Origin: a virus
Taxonomy: Duplodnaviria; Caudoviricetes
IMG/VR virus record: IMGVR_UViG_3300020464_000011
Coordinates: 1-36,740 of that record
DNA: 36,740 nt
Strand: one strand, 5' to 3'
A program made the position numbers and the translations under genes. Shown piece after piece: positions 1 through 11,000 of this stretch. The notes under the pieces were generated by a model. The model saw nothing but the letters and a program-made list of their open reading frames with translations, ran no database searches and was not told the origin of the DNA. Position 1 is the stretch's first letter; each line of letters begins with the position of its first letter.

Positions 1-324
1 CTAGAGTTCAGCAATGGCACTCTGATGTATCCCCAAGACAATATGACCAGCAACAATGGTGGCCCGGTCTATGTCATCGAGGGCAGGGAGCTGCTAAGCG
101 ATGAGGGAACTGTTCTGATCAAATATATAGCGCGCATTGAAGATCCAAACCAGTATGACACGCTTTTGATCGATACGATTGCGGCACGGCTGGCAATGGA
201 GATCTGCTATGCCATTACCGGCAGCAATGCGATGATTAGCACAACCAAAGCGCTATATGATGAAAAGATAAAGGAAGCCCGGTTTGTTGATGCCACCGAA
301 GGTGCGGCGGCTAAGTTTGAAGCC
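1..324. repeat. Terminal direct repeat, copy 1 (circular overlap with 36417-36740)
   Basis: Bases 1-324 align ungapped with 36417-36740 (offset 36416), with 9 substitutions counted by eye. Confidence 0.97.
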
Positions 325-351
325 TCTGACCTCATTGAAAGCCGGTTCTAA
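1..351 (+). CDS. Tail tubular protein A / head-tail adaptor, 3' part (gene starts at 36168 and wraps around)
   Basis: ORF 25..351 is in frame with the ATG at 36168 across the overlap; lies directly before tail tubular B. Confidence 0.85.
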   Translation, partial: LEFSNGTLMYPQDNMTSNNGGPVYVIEGRELLSDEGTVLIKYIARIEDPNQYDTLLIDTIAARLAMEICYAITGSNAMISTTKALYDEKIKEARFVDATEGAAAKFEASDLIESRF

Positions 352-353
352 CA

Positions 354-2609
354 GTGGCGCGTTCTGCACCATCATTAACCAGCTTTGTTGCCGGTGAGCT
401 ATCGCCAAGGCTTGAGGGCCGGGTTGATCTTGATAAATACCGGCAAGGTGCGGCTGAGTTACTAAATATGGTGGTTCACCCACATGGCGGTGCATCACGC
501 CGTCCCGGTACTGAGTTTATTGGCGAAATCCAAAACAGCGCTGTAAAAGGCAGATTAATACCGTTTCAGTTTAAAACGACTGACACTTACATCCTAGAGT
601 TTGGCAATAGCACCATGCGGATCATCCGCAACGGCGGCTATGTTCTCGACACAGCTAAAAACATTACTGCCGCAACCAAGGCTAACCCCGGTGTTTTGAC
701 CAGCAACAGTCACGGCTTTAGCAATGGCGATGAGATATTTATTTCATCTGTTGGCGGTATGACTGAGCTGAATGGCCGAAACTATCTTGTGGCTGGTGCT
801 ACCACTAACACATTTACGCTGACTGATTTGTATGGCGTTGCTATCGATACAACCAATTTCACAACATATACCTCTGGCGGTACTGCCGATAAACTTACCA
901 AGATTGTATCGCCATACCCGGAAGCTGCGTTGCCAGATCTGCGATTTGTCCAATCAGCCGACACCATGTTTATTGTGCATCAAGATTATGCGCCGCGAAA
1001 ACTGACAAGAACTGACCATGATGCATGGACATTTACAGAGGTAACCTTTATTGACGGCCCCTATCTGGATGCCAACACAACAACCACAACGCTAAATCCC
1101 GGCGCTACAAGCGGCACTGGGGTGGCATTGGTTGCATCAGCTAACCTTTTTGCCTCTACAGATGTAGGGCGGCTGGTGAGCCTCCCCGGCGGCAATGCCA
1201 CGATCACAGCATTTACTGACGCGCAAAATGTGACCATAACCATAAACGCTACGCTTTCAGCCTCAACAGCTACAGACAATTGGGCGCTAGGTGCATTCAG
1301 CGGCACAACCGGCTATCCATCTGCCGTCACATTCTTTGAACAGCGCCTGATCTTTGCGGCAACCACCAACGAGCCGCAATCAATATTCATGTCAAAGTCT
1401 GGCGATTATGAAAATTTTACGGCTGGCACTAATGACAATGATGCCATCATCTACCAAATTGCATCAAACCAAGTGAACAACATACGCTATTTAGCAGCGA
1501 CAAGAGTTTTGACTATCGGCACATCTGGTGGTGAATATGTCCTAACCACCACCAATGATGGCCCGATCACACCGACAAACGCGCAAATCAGAAAATATAG
1601 TAACTATGGGACAGCGGCGCTGGAGCCGGTTCAAGTCGCTGATGTAACGCTTTTCCTACAACGCGCCAAGCGCAAGCTGCGAGAGTTTAAATATTCTGGC
1701 GAGATCAATGCTAGTGGCTATGCAGCGGCTGACATGACGATCCTGTCAGAACATATAACCCAAGGCGGCATGTCGGACATGGCCTATCAACAGGAACCTG
1801 ACAGCATTGTCTGGATGATCCGAAATGATGGCCAGCTTATCGGCATGACATATCGCCGGGAAGAAGAGGTGGTTGCGTGGCATCAACATAAAATTGGTGG
1901 CACATACACCGGCACACATGGATCTCTCGCATCAGCTACATATGACTATGGGCTGGTTGAAAGCATTGCCACGCTGCCCACTGAGGACAGTGAGGATGAG
2001 CTTTACATGATCGTAAAGCGTACAATCAATTCGGTGACCAAGCGTTATGTCGAGCGGATGAAGCCTTTTGACTTTGGGTCTGTTGCATCAGGTGCATTCT
2101 TTGTTGATAGCGGCTTATCTTACTCTGGATCGGCAACAACAAGCCTTTCTGGCTTGTACCATCTACATGGTCAAAGCGTCAGCGTTCTGGCTAATGGTGC
2201 CACGCACACAAATGAAACTGTGGCCTCTGGCGGCATTTCATTAAATGTATCGGCAACAACAGCGGCGGTTGGTTTGGCATACACAAGCAGGCTGACAACG
2301 CTACGGCTTGAAAGCGGCAGTGTTGACGGAACAAGTCAGGGAAAGATCAAGCGCATTCACGACATAACCTTGCGGCTGCATGAAACGGTAGGTGTTGAGG
2401 TTGGCAGCTCTGTTTCCACGGTTGACCGCATACCCTTTAGAGACAGCTCTATGGCCATGTCTGCCGCTGTTGAGTTGTTTACCGGCGATAAAGAAATTGA
2501 GTTCCGGGGTGGCTTTGAGGAAGACGATCAAATCGTTATTCAGCAAACCCAGCCCCTGCCGCTAACAGTTTTGGCGATTTATCCACGCATGAACACTTTT
2601 GATAGTTGA
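354..2609 (+). CDS. Tail tubular protein B / nozzle (T7 gp12-like)
   Basis: 751 aa; N-terminal SFVAGELSPRLEGRVD...GGASRRPGT and C-terminal QPLPLTVLAI are typical of podoviral nozzle proteins; synteny. Confidence 0.9.
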   Translation: MARSAPSLTSFVAGELSPRLEGRVDLDKYRQGAAELLNMVVHPHGGASRRPGTEFIGEIQNSAVKGRLIPFQFKTTDTYILEFGNSTMRIIRNGGYVLDTAKNITAATKANPGVLTSNSHGFSNGDEIFISSVGGMTELNGRNYLVAGATTNTFTLTDLYGVAIDTTNFTTYTSGGTADKLTKIVSPYPEAALPDLRFVQSADTMFIVHQDYAPRKLTRTDHDAWTFTEVTFIDGPYLDANTTTTTLNPGATSGTGVALVASANLFASTDVGRLVSLPGGNATITAFTDAQNVTITINATLSASTATDNWALGAFSGTTGYPSAVTFFEQRLIFAATTNEPQSIFMSKSGDYENFTAGTNDNDAIIYQIASNQVNNIRYLAATRVLTIGTSGGEYVLTTTNDGPITPTNAQIRKYSNYGTAALEPVQVADVTLFLQRAKRKLREFKYSGEINASGYAAADMTILSEHITQGGMSDMAYQQEPDSIVWMIRNDGQLIGMTYRREEEVVAWHQHKIGGTYTGTHGSLASATYDYGLVESIATLPTEDSEDELYMIVKRTINSVTKRYVERMKPFDFGSVASGAFFVDSGLSYSGSATTSLSGLYHLHGQSVSVLANGATHTNETVASGGISLNVSATTAAVGLAYTSRLTTLRLESGSVDGTSQGKIKRIHDITLRLHETVGVEVGSSVSTVDRIPFRDSSMAMSAAVELFTGDKEIEFRGGFEEDDQIVIQQTQPLPLTVLAIYPRMNTFDS

Positions 2610-2617
2610 GGTAAGTA

Positions 2618-3172
2618 ATGAGCTTTTGGCAAATAGCGTCTGTTGGACTGAGCCTTTATAAAGGCATGAAAGAAAAACAAGCTAACGACAAAGCGGCTAG
2701 GTTAGCTTTGGAAATTGGTGAAGAAAACGCCAAGATCATAGAACGAAATGCTGAAATTGCAGACCGCCAAATAGAAATTTTAAACCGCGCTTTAGACATT
2801 TCAAACGAGCGCAAAACCAAAAAATTTGGTGCATTCCAAGGTAAGGCCACAGCAATATATGGTGGTGGTGGCATAGAGCTAAGCCGGGGCGCGCCTGTGA
2901 CTGTTGCGCGTGAATCAGCCGCTGAGTTTGAGTATGAGCTGGCTGTTGATGCTTATAACACTGAAATTGCAATTCTTGAGCAAGAAGACAGAAAAGTTGA
3001 AACGGCTATGCGCGCCAAGGTCAGCCGCATGGGCGGTCAAGCTGAAGCATCAGCATACCAATCAAGAGGCACAGCAGCGCTACTAACTGGTCTTGGCACC
3101 GGCCTCCAAAAAGCAGATGAATACGGTATGTTTTCAGATAATTACTGGAACGATTTTGCCCTCACATTTTAA
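2618..3172 (+). CDS. Internal virion (ejection) protein, gp14-like
   Basis: 184 aa, Ala/Gly-rich with coiled-coil character; first gene after the nozzle; RBS GAGG. Confidence 0.65.
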   Translation: MSFWQIASVGLSLYKGMKEKQANDKAARLALEIGEENAKIIERNAEIADRQIEILNRALDISNERKTKKFGAFQGKATAIYGGGGIELSRGAPVTVARESAAEFEYELAVDAYNTEIAILEQEDRKVETAMRAKVSRMGGQAEASAYQSRGTAALLTGLGTGLQKADEYGMFSDNYWNDFALTF

Positions 3173-3189
3173 TTTAGCGGAGCCGCTTC

Positions 3190-4890
3190 ATGCCTAGAGT
3201 ACCAGTTTACGAAACACAAGCAGCGCCAACATTAGGCACTGGTATGGTAAGCTATGACCGCGCGCAAATGGATAGCCGCCCATTTATCCAAGCAGCGTTG
3301 GCAGAGGGTGAGGCAGCGACACAAACGGCCACAATGATTGAATCATATATTGATGGCCGCATCAAAGCTGAAGGGACTTTATCGGCTGACAATGCGTTGA
3401 TGGGCGCTGAGCTGGCGATGCAACAGGCATCATCGAGACTAGAGAGAACACCTGACCTCAGTGCGGTGTTTGGCCCTGATTTGTCAAACCAGTATTCTTG
3501 GCAAGGTGCGCTCAATGACATTCAGACAGACGCACAAAGTGCCTTAAACCCCTATGCGCGCAAATTGTTCAATGCAAAATTTGGATCTATGGCAGCGAAA
3601 TACGGCGCTAATTTGCGTGTCAAGATTGATGATCGTGTTGACAAAAGCCTTGTGTCGAGCTGGCAAGTAAAGCTGACAGAATATAAATTAGGCTTTGGCG
3701 ATATTAACAATAGTGAGCTGATGCCAAATTCTATAGAGGCGATACGCGCTCACAAAGAATACACAACAAAAATTGCAAATGAAGGGCGCGGTCTTGTAGC
3801 AAGTGGCAGAATGCTTGAAGAAACTTTGGTTTCGGAAATGCTGAAAGCAAATAAAGAAATAGCCACAAACGCTATAACACTGCTTTTTAATGAACAAACA
3901 AATCCAATAGAAGCTTATCAAGCCTTAATTAGCGGTGATGCAGAGGCTCTCAAACAATTAAGCATGAGCCACGAAAATGCTGCCTACGCATTACATATGT
4001 TGAGGGAAGCAATCCCAGACGCTAGTGAACGCCAAAAAGTTATAGCAGAACTCAGGAAACAAGCTTTTGATCAATACGATACCAATAAGAAGCTAGAAGC
4101 AGACGAAGAAAAAAAACTAAAAGCAACAAACACCAAGCTGCAAAACGAGTTTTTTGAACCCGGTACAAATAATCGCAGGCGAACAGAAATCCGTAGAATA
4201 CTAGAAAGCCAAGATTTTATTACGCCTCAAATGCAAAAGCTTATGAAAGAATTTTTAGCAGTTGGGGGTGTCGGATTATTCCGTCAGCCCGAAAGTGAGG
4301 GCGGTCTTGGCGATGATGAACAAACTGTTATTGATCTCGATTCAAAAGTTGGCATTGAAGAGCTTACAATTGAGGAGCTTGTCAGCAAATCAAATATGCT
4401 AACGCAAGCAACATTCAGATCATTTATGAATGATGTTGGAACAATTAGAAAAACTAATTGGACTGAAGCTGTAAAAGTTATTGAGAGTGAATTTAACTAT
4501 GCTGAAGAGCGCGGCACAGACATTGAGCAATATGAGAACGCAGCGAAACTAGCGTTTCGTAGAGCAAAGCGCGCATGGCTTAAATTTAAAAGATCAAATC
4601 CAGACGCTGATGAAGAAGCAATGAACACAGAGTTAAATCGTGTCATTGATAAGGAATGGAAAAATTTAGATCTTGTATTAAAAGTTGAACTTAGATCTGC
4701 AGTAGATGGTCTAAAAAATTTTCGAGGGTTACTTGCAAAAATCCCAAAATCACAAAGTGGCGAATATGACTATAGCCAAGTCGTGCCAGTTATAAGGCAA
4801 CACATAATTGACAACCCCGGTACTGCTGGCCAGTTAGCAACAAGAATCGATGAGCTTTTGTATTTGATTGATATGGTAGGGAGCCGCTAA
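3190..4890 (+). CDS. Internal virion (ejection) protein, gp15-like
   Basis: 566 aa helical protein starting MPRVPVYE; position between the gp14-like and the large core proteins. Confidence 0.6.
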   Translation: MPRVPVYETQAAPTLGTGMVSYDRAQMDSRPFIQAALAEGEAATQTATMIESYIDGRIKAEGTLSADNALMGAELAMQQASSRLERTPDLSAVFGPDLSNQYSWQGALNDIQTDAQSALNPYARKLFNAKFGSMAAKYGANLRVKIDDRVDKSLVSSWQVKLTEYKLGFGDINNSELMPNSIEAIRAHKEYTTKIANEGRGLVASGRMLEETLVSEMLKANKEIATNAITLLFNEQTNPIEAYQALISGDAEALKQLSMSHENAAYALHMLREAIPDASERQKVIAELRKQAFDQYDTNKKLEADEEKKLKATNTKLQNEFFEPGTNNRRRTEIRRILESQDFITPQMQKLMKEFLAVGGVGLFRQPESEGGLGDDEQTVIDLDSKVGIEELTIEELVSKSNMLTQATFRSFMNDVGTIRKTNWTEAVKVIESEFNYAEERGTDIEQYENAAKLAFRRAKRAWLKFKRSNPDADEEAMNTELNRVIDKEWKNLDLVLKVELRSAVDGLKNFRGLLAKIPKSQSGEYDYSQVVPVIRQHIIDNPGTAGQLATRIDELLYLIDMVGSR

Positions 4891-7800
4891 TGGAACAAAA
4901 CAACTCCTCACCATTATTTAACGAACAGGGTATGGTCACTGGATCTCCACCGCTGTCTGATGACCAAAACACACAAGCAACAGCAACGCCTGACCTTAGT
5001 AGTCAATTCCTGATGACTGTAGAGGAAGCCAATGATGCTGACGCTGTAAATGAAAAGTACAGCATGGCTGCTAATCTACGCAAGATTGGCATAGAGCCTT
5101 TTCCAGATCTAGGTGCAGATGACAGGGGCGTTACACTTGCCAGTATGTCAGCCGGGCCTGCCGATAGTTCCATTACAAATGACATGACAAAAGGCATCTT
5201 TATTGGCGCAAACAAAGGCGCAAATGAAATGCTAGATGCGGCAGCATTCATAGCTGGCGCGCCTGTCGAACTAGCCAAAAATGTTATAAATGTTGGATTA
5301 GAAGCTGTTGGCATGGAGCCGGTTAAGAATGCCTTTGGTGACATTGATTCAATGAAAAGCATGATGGACACCTATAAAGGCTTTGTGAATGATCTGATCC
5401 CAATGCCTGACGCTATAGTTGATTGGGCAGGCCAGCCCTATGACAACAAGTTGCTTGGTGATTTAACGGCTGGCATAACTCAGTTTGGCGTGGCTGGTTT
5501 CCCGGCTGCAAAGATGGTCAAAGCCATGACCACATATAACCCAGTGGCGCGCGGTTTTATTTGGGGCGCTATAGCTGATTTTACAGCGTTCAACCCAGAT
5601 GACCCAACCCTTACGAATGCTATTACTAAGCATCTTGAGATGGCACCGCCAGAGGAGCGCAACGCTGTATTGCAAGCGTTTTTGTCTCAGATAGAAAAAT
5701 ACGACACTGATGGCGAACTAACGAAGCGCGCCAAGGCTGCCCTTGAGGGCGGCATTATTGGCGGCGTAGTTGAAGCCGCTATAAGGACAGCTAAGTTTAT
5801 ACCATTTGGCCAGATCATCGATGGCACCAAGCGCGCCATAGGCAGGGCCGGTGCAGCGGCTGATGCTAGGATTGCTGAGCGCCAAGCTGACAACAGTGTA
5901 ACGCTAGGGGCTGGCGTTGACCCTATGCCAGCCGTTGATGCTGCAATATCCGCTGCTGGCAAAGCCATGCGAAAAAAAAATCTAGCGGCAACAGATAACC
6001 CAATTTCCATTGATCTGCCTGAGATCGATCCAGATATTTTGATCGGTAAAAAAATATTTCCGATACAAGCTGATTTAACTAAAGCTGGTGGCTCTTTTAA
6101 AGGCGTTGATAGCTCACAACTTGATGAGCCTATTCCTTTGCAAGGAGGCCCGGATTTTCCACTTTTGCAAACATCAGCGGATGGTAAAGTAGTCTGGGCC
6201 GTTGACGCTAAAGGTGTCACTAGCAAAAAGTTAAACAAAGATGCTGATTATGCTGTCGTCATGGCAATGTCACCAAGAGCGCACAAAACAAATGCAACTG
6301 TCATAAAGTCTTTGACTGATACCGCTATTGCATATGCGAGGGATGGACGCATGACCGCAGAGGGGATAGCAGAAATCGATGCAGTAATACAAACTCCATC
6401 TGTACAGCCAGCGTTAAGACGCATCCAAGAGTTTCCGGGGTTAGCCTCGCCAGACGCAGCCGCTTGGATGCGTAATGCTTCTTTTGAAGAGCGCAATAGA
6501 ATTGCTCAAGTGCTATCGTCACCGATGGCGCAAGATAGGGGCGCGCCAAATGTTCAGATGATTTTGGATGAAACATCTGAGGGTGTTTATACCGGCATGA
6601 ACTTAAATGACAGTATAATGGTTATAAAAATAGACAAGGACGCTGGCGCGGTTGAGCTGGGCAAAGAACCGGGAACAGTGCCACACCACAGTTACAAGTA
6701 TGCGTTAAAAGGAGAGCCTGTTGGTAGGCTTTCTATGGTCAATGTGCAAAATTTGTTTCCAGATTGGTTTTCAAAACAGGCTCCTATTTGGGAGCAAAAG
6801 CAAAAAGCGTTTGAAGCTGGCGAAATGCAAAAGCCGCCTAACCCAAGCAGAGCGTTTCAATTTCAATTGCCAGTTGAAACAATGACGAAAGAAAAAATTG
6901 AAAAGATAAAACGCATAAAGGTTCAATCGATTAAATCGCCGTTGCAAGCAAAACTGACTGCACAAATGATGGATGGCCAATGGTCATCTTCTAATGACAG
7001 TTTGCTTAAAGGCGGCACCAACGCTTTGGAATGGGTTAGAGAAGCCAGAGCTTCTAAAGAGGGCATCACGCTCTCTATACCAAAAGGCGATGCCGGGGAA
7101 AGATTAACTGACAAGGAAGCGGCAGCGGTCATGCAAAAAGAAATTAAATCAGGCAATTTGACATTATATAAGCTTGGCAAAGATAGCCGTACATTTTTTG
7201 GCATTCAAAAAAACTACAACTATAATGAGGTTTATCAGGGCTGGAAGCCGACACCCGGTGGGCCTGAGATTGGTGATAATGAGGTAGCGCTTGTATCTGT
7301 TTTGTCCAATGACAGAGCCGCAAACGGTATTGGCAAAGCTACTGTTTTAAAGGCAATCGAAGAGGGCGTGACTGTTCTTGATTGCTTTGAGGTCAAATCA
7401 GCTAAAAATCCTGATGGATTTTTAACTACATTCTATGGTATGTTTGACTTTGTAGAGGCTGGGCGTGTAAAGTTTGACCCACAATACTACAGCAAACAAG
7501 AAATTGCAGACCTAGAAAAAGTCTGGTCTGACAGAGGTTGGAAGCTAGGTGACCCATACCCAGATGTGGTCATTATGAAATATATTGGGGATGATAATGC
7601 TAGATCAAACGCAACAAAACGCTTTGTCACAGAAGGTAATTTCAGCTCTGGGGCAGACCAAACTGGAAACGCTTTCGGAAACGCAGCTTCAAATGTGCAA
7701 CAGTCTGTTGACCAAACGGTTACAGAAACTGGATTTCCAAGTGGATCAAATACAAGACGAAGAGCTGATCGGGATCTACGAGATGGTGACAGAGGAGCTG

Positions 7801-7928
7801 CAACCGATAGACTTGCAAAAGTAGCGCAAGAAATACTGTCTCTTTCTGATGAGCAAATACAAAACCTTGGTCTAGACGCAGCCCAAATATCACGGCTAAA
7901 AACGCAATATCAAACAGCATCACAATAA
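4890..7928 (+). CDS. Large internal virion protein with C-terminal polyvalent-protein/GNAT-like region
   Basis: 1012 aa; N-terminal half has Gly/Ala-rich hydrophobic helices of ejection proteins; C-terminus has GIGK..VLKAIEEG..VLDCF..LTTFY..FDF.E..RVKF..PDVVIMKY. Confidence 0.65.
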   Translation: MEQNNSSPLFNEQGMVTGSPPLSDDQNTQATATPDLSSQFLMTVEEANDADAVNEKYSMAANLRKIGIEPFPDLGADDRGVTLASMSAGPADSSITNDMTKGIFIGANKGANEMLDAAAFIAGAPVELAKNVINVGLEAVGMEPVKNAFGDIDSMKSMMDTYKGFVNDLIPMPDAIVDWAGQPYDNKLLGDLTAGITQFGVAGFPAAKMVKAMTTYNPVARGFIWGAIADFTAFNPDDPTLTNAITKHLEMAPPEERNAVLQAFLSQIEKYDTDGELTKRAKAALEGGIIGGVVEAAIRTAKFIPFGQIIDGTKRAIGRAGAAADARIAERQADNSVTLGAGVDPMPAVDAAISAAGKAMRKKNLAATDNPISIDLPEIDPDILIGKKIFPIQADLTKAGGSFKGVDSSQLDEPIPLQGGPDFPLLQTSADGKVVWAVDAKGVTSKKLNKDADYAVVMAMSPRAHKTNATVIKSLTDTAIAYARDGRMTAEGIAEIDAVIQTPSVQPALRRIQEFPGLASPDAAAWMRNASFEERNRIAQVLSSPMAQDRGAPNVQMILDETSEGVYTGMNLNDSIMVIKIDKDAGAVELGKEPGTVPHHSYKYALKGEPVGRLSMVNVQNLFPDWFSKQAPIWEQKQKAFEAGEMQKPPNPSRAFQFQLPVETMTKEKIEKIKRIKVQSIKSPLQAKLTAQMMDGQWSSSNDSLLKGGTNALEWVREARASKEGITLSIPKGDAGERLTDKEAAAVMQKEIKSGNLTLYKLGKDSRTFFGIQKNYNYNEVYQGWKPTPGGPEIGDNEVALVSVLSNDRAANGIGKATVLKAIEEGVTVLDCFEVKSAKNPDGFLTTFYGMFDFVEAGRVKFDPQYYSKQEIADLEKVWSDRGWKLGDPYPDVVIMKYIGDDNARSNATKRFVTEGNFSSGADQTGNAFGNAASNVQQSVDQTVTETGFPSGSNTRRRADRDLRDGDRGAATDRLAKVAQEILSLSDEQIQNLGLDAAQISRLKTQYQTASQ

Positions 7929-7931
7929 CTC

Positions 7932-7960
7932 TTCACGAATGTAACGAAATCGTGTAGTGT
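7932..7960 (+). promoter_or_regulatory. Putative internal late promoter
   Basis: TTCACG-17 bp-TAGTGT in the intergenic gap; spacer resembles that of the promoter at 28797. Confidence 0.45.
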
Positions 7961-7971
7961 TTTTCTAACAT

Positions 7972-7994
7972 GGGCGCATCAGCGCCCTTTTTTT
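7972..7994 (+). terminator. Intrinsic terminator within the virion operon
   Basis: GGGCGC-ATCA-GCGCCC followed by T7. Confidence 0.8.
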
Positions 7995-8007
7995 ATGGGT
8001 AACTTTC

Positions 8008-11000
8008 ATGTCAATCCAGATGCCACCATCTGAGACTGAGCAACTCGCTCAGCTCAACGAAAACGCTATGCGTGATGTTGCACAAGGTGGGGTCACAGAA
8101 TTTGCGTCTGACCCCGGCATTCAAGTAGCTGGCAGAGGCGATATTGTAAAAGGGCTGTTTCAGTTATTCAAAGGCGTTGGCAAAAACGAGCCAGCAGGGC
8201 CACCGACAGCAACTGGAGAAAAGCCGACAGGCAAAAAAGGCATTGATGTAAAACCGCGCGTACCGGCTGAAGGTAACCTAGAGCCTGATGAGCTGGCCTA
8301 TCGTGATACACAATCTATGTCTGCTGCCAAAACATTGTCGGATGATGGCCAAGCTAAATTTAAGGAACAGGGCAACCGGGCAACGGATCTTAGCCCATCA
8401 GGCCAAAGACTAGCACAAGCGCTGTCTGAAGCTGATGAAGCGGTGGAGCTGACACCTGACCAGCAATTGCGCGCCACAATTACTGATAGTCAAAGAGGCG
8501 TTACGGCTGACAAACAAGGTTTTAACCTCACAGAGGATTCGGCTGGCGTTGCAAGCCAAAGTCAGGCTGATGAGGTTATTGAGGCCGCTTCCCTTGAAGA
8601 GGGATATTTAAGAAGCATAAAAGACGGCGCGCCATTTAACTGGGATAGGATCAAGCAGCCTGACGATGTAAAGGCTTTGATCCAAGCTGTGTCAGACAGT
8701 TTGCCAGATCAACAACAAGCGGCAACGAGAGGCGTTATATCTAACGCAGACACTGTCGAAGCTGCAACAAGTCAACTAGCAGACAGCCTTGGCCTGACAA
8801 GAAGTATATTGAAAAGAAAGCGTGGCACTGCTTTTGCCAATGCGGCTGAAGCAACAGCGGCGAGAATGCTGTTGTCAGACAGCGCAAAAAAGCTGGCAGA
8901 TCTTGCCAAGCAAGTAAAAGAGGGCGGCGGCGATGCCGTCATGCTGCAATTTAGGCGGCAGCTTGCGATCCACAACGGCATTCAATTGCAGATCAAGGGC
9001 GCGCAAACTGAGGCAGCTAGATTACTGCAATCTTTTAACATCCCGGTTACTGAGGGTATGGCCCCGGATGCTGTTGCCTTAATGAACATGGATGTAATCG
9101 AAGCATCTGGTGGTGCTAAAAGTTTAATGAGAGCTGCTGATGGCCTGTTGAAAGCTGCCGAAAATGGTGAGGGTGCGTTTAATCAGGCGGCTCAAAAAGG
9201 CATCATGTCTCGCTTTCGGCAAGGCGCTGAGCATCTTTATATCAATGGATTATTGTCTGGCCCAAAAACGCAGTTTAAAAACATTGGCGGCAATATGTTG
9301 TTTATGATTATGCAAGTGCCAGAGGAGTTCATTGCTGGTGGCATAGGGGCGGCAGAAAGAGGCATTCGCCGGGCTGTTGGCGCTGAAATTGATTACACGC
9401 AGCAACGCTATATGTCGGATGTTCTTGCTAGATGGACAGGGTATTACAAGTCGTTTGGTGACGCACTGTCAGCAGCGGCAATGGCAGTCAAGACAAATCA
9501 ACCCGGCGATGCTGTAAGCAAAGTCGAGATGAACAGCTATCGTTCTGCAAGTTTGGGTGACACTCCTCTTGCTAGGGCTTTGGATTATTTTTACAAAGGC
9601 ACAAGCTTACCGACTAGATTGTTGCTTGGTGGTGACGATTTTTTTAAAGTGTTGTCACAAAACGGCGAGTTATATGCCAAGGCCAACCGCCAATATAAAG
9701 CAGCATTAGCCAGTGGTATGACACAAAGGCAAGCGCAAGATGAAGCTGCTATGGTGTTGCTTAGCCCACGACAATTTGCTGATGAGTTAGATGTTAAAGG
9801 GCGTTATGACACGCTAATGACTGATCTAGGCCAGTTTGGCAAATCAGCGTCAGCTTTGCAAAACACTTGGTTTGGCCGTTACATACTGCCTTTTGCAACA
9901 GCGCCAACAAACGATATTTTAAGAACATTAGAACGCACACCCATTGGTTTAGCGCATCCAGAGATATACGGCAAAGATGCTGGTAAACGCCAAATTAAAC
10001 TGGCGCGTTTAGCAAGCGGCGGCGTAATTATGTCAATGACCGCGATGTACGCTGGGCAAGGTCGAATAACTGGGGCAACACCGAAAGACAAAAAGATCCG
10101 CGAAAAACTACCACCGGGATGGCAAGCTTATTCGTTTGTGTTCCGGGGTGATGATTTTCCTGTTGATGCAGACGGTGAGCCATTGCCGTTGTTCAATTCA
10201 TTTGGCGCGCCCAACGGCCCTTTAAAATACATATCTTATAGTGGCATGGGGCCACTAGCCAGCACGATTGGCATTGCTGCCGGTGCTATGCAAAAAATGT
10301 CTTTGGCCAGAACAGCGGAAGAAAGGCAATCAGTTGCAGCGGCGGCGGTGTTTGCTGTGAGCGATTATTTTAGAGAGCTGCCCATGTTGCAGGGCGTTGC
10401 TCAAGTTTTAACGGCGTTAGAGCGCGGTGATCCTGATTTTATTACTAGAGGCCCATTGGGTTCTATGAACTTAGTGCCGGGTATTCCAAATCCTTTGTCT
10501 GCACTAACACGCACAGTCGAGCGCATTGGTGACAACACAGTTACAAAGACCGGCGCTAATTACGACATTTACACCCGCGATGATGTAATCCGAATGACTG
10601 ATGCCAATGAATTAAAACTTGGCCCGAATGGCAACTATGATTTTCGATGGGTTGGAATGCCCAAAGGTGATGCCGGTGAACAAATGTTTAACGCTGTTCA
10701 CAATGGTTATTTAAATATGGTTGCCACAAATGTTTTTGCAGATAACAAATATGCTGAGATCCCACGCTATGACAGTCTTGGCCGATTGGTCACAGATGGG
10801 CCGACATACGAAGAGGCACCATACACACGGCTTTATAATGCTTTTAGCCCTATGGTCATTGGCGCATCTGAAGATCAGCCAGCTTATGTCGATGAGCTTG
10901 TACGCTTAGATTGGCCGGTGCCAATGCAGCCAGCAAACAGAGTGGTCAAAGGTATTAAGCTTACTGAAATGCAGCTTAGTAATTTGGTTTGGATTGCCAA

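Noticed and set aside
5003-7204. Multiple minus-strand ORFs opposite the virion genes
   Set aside because: Antisense shadows of long coding frames, with no RBS or recognisable motifs.
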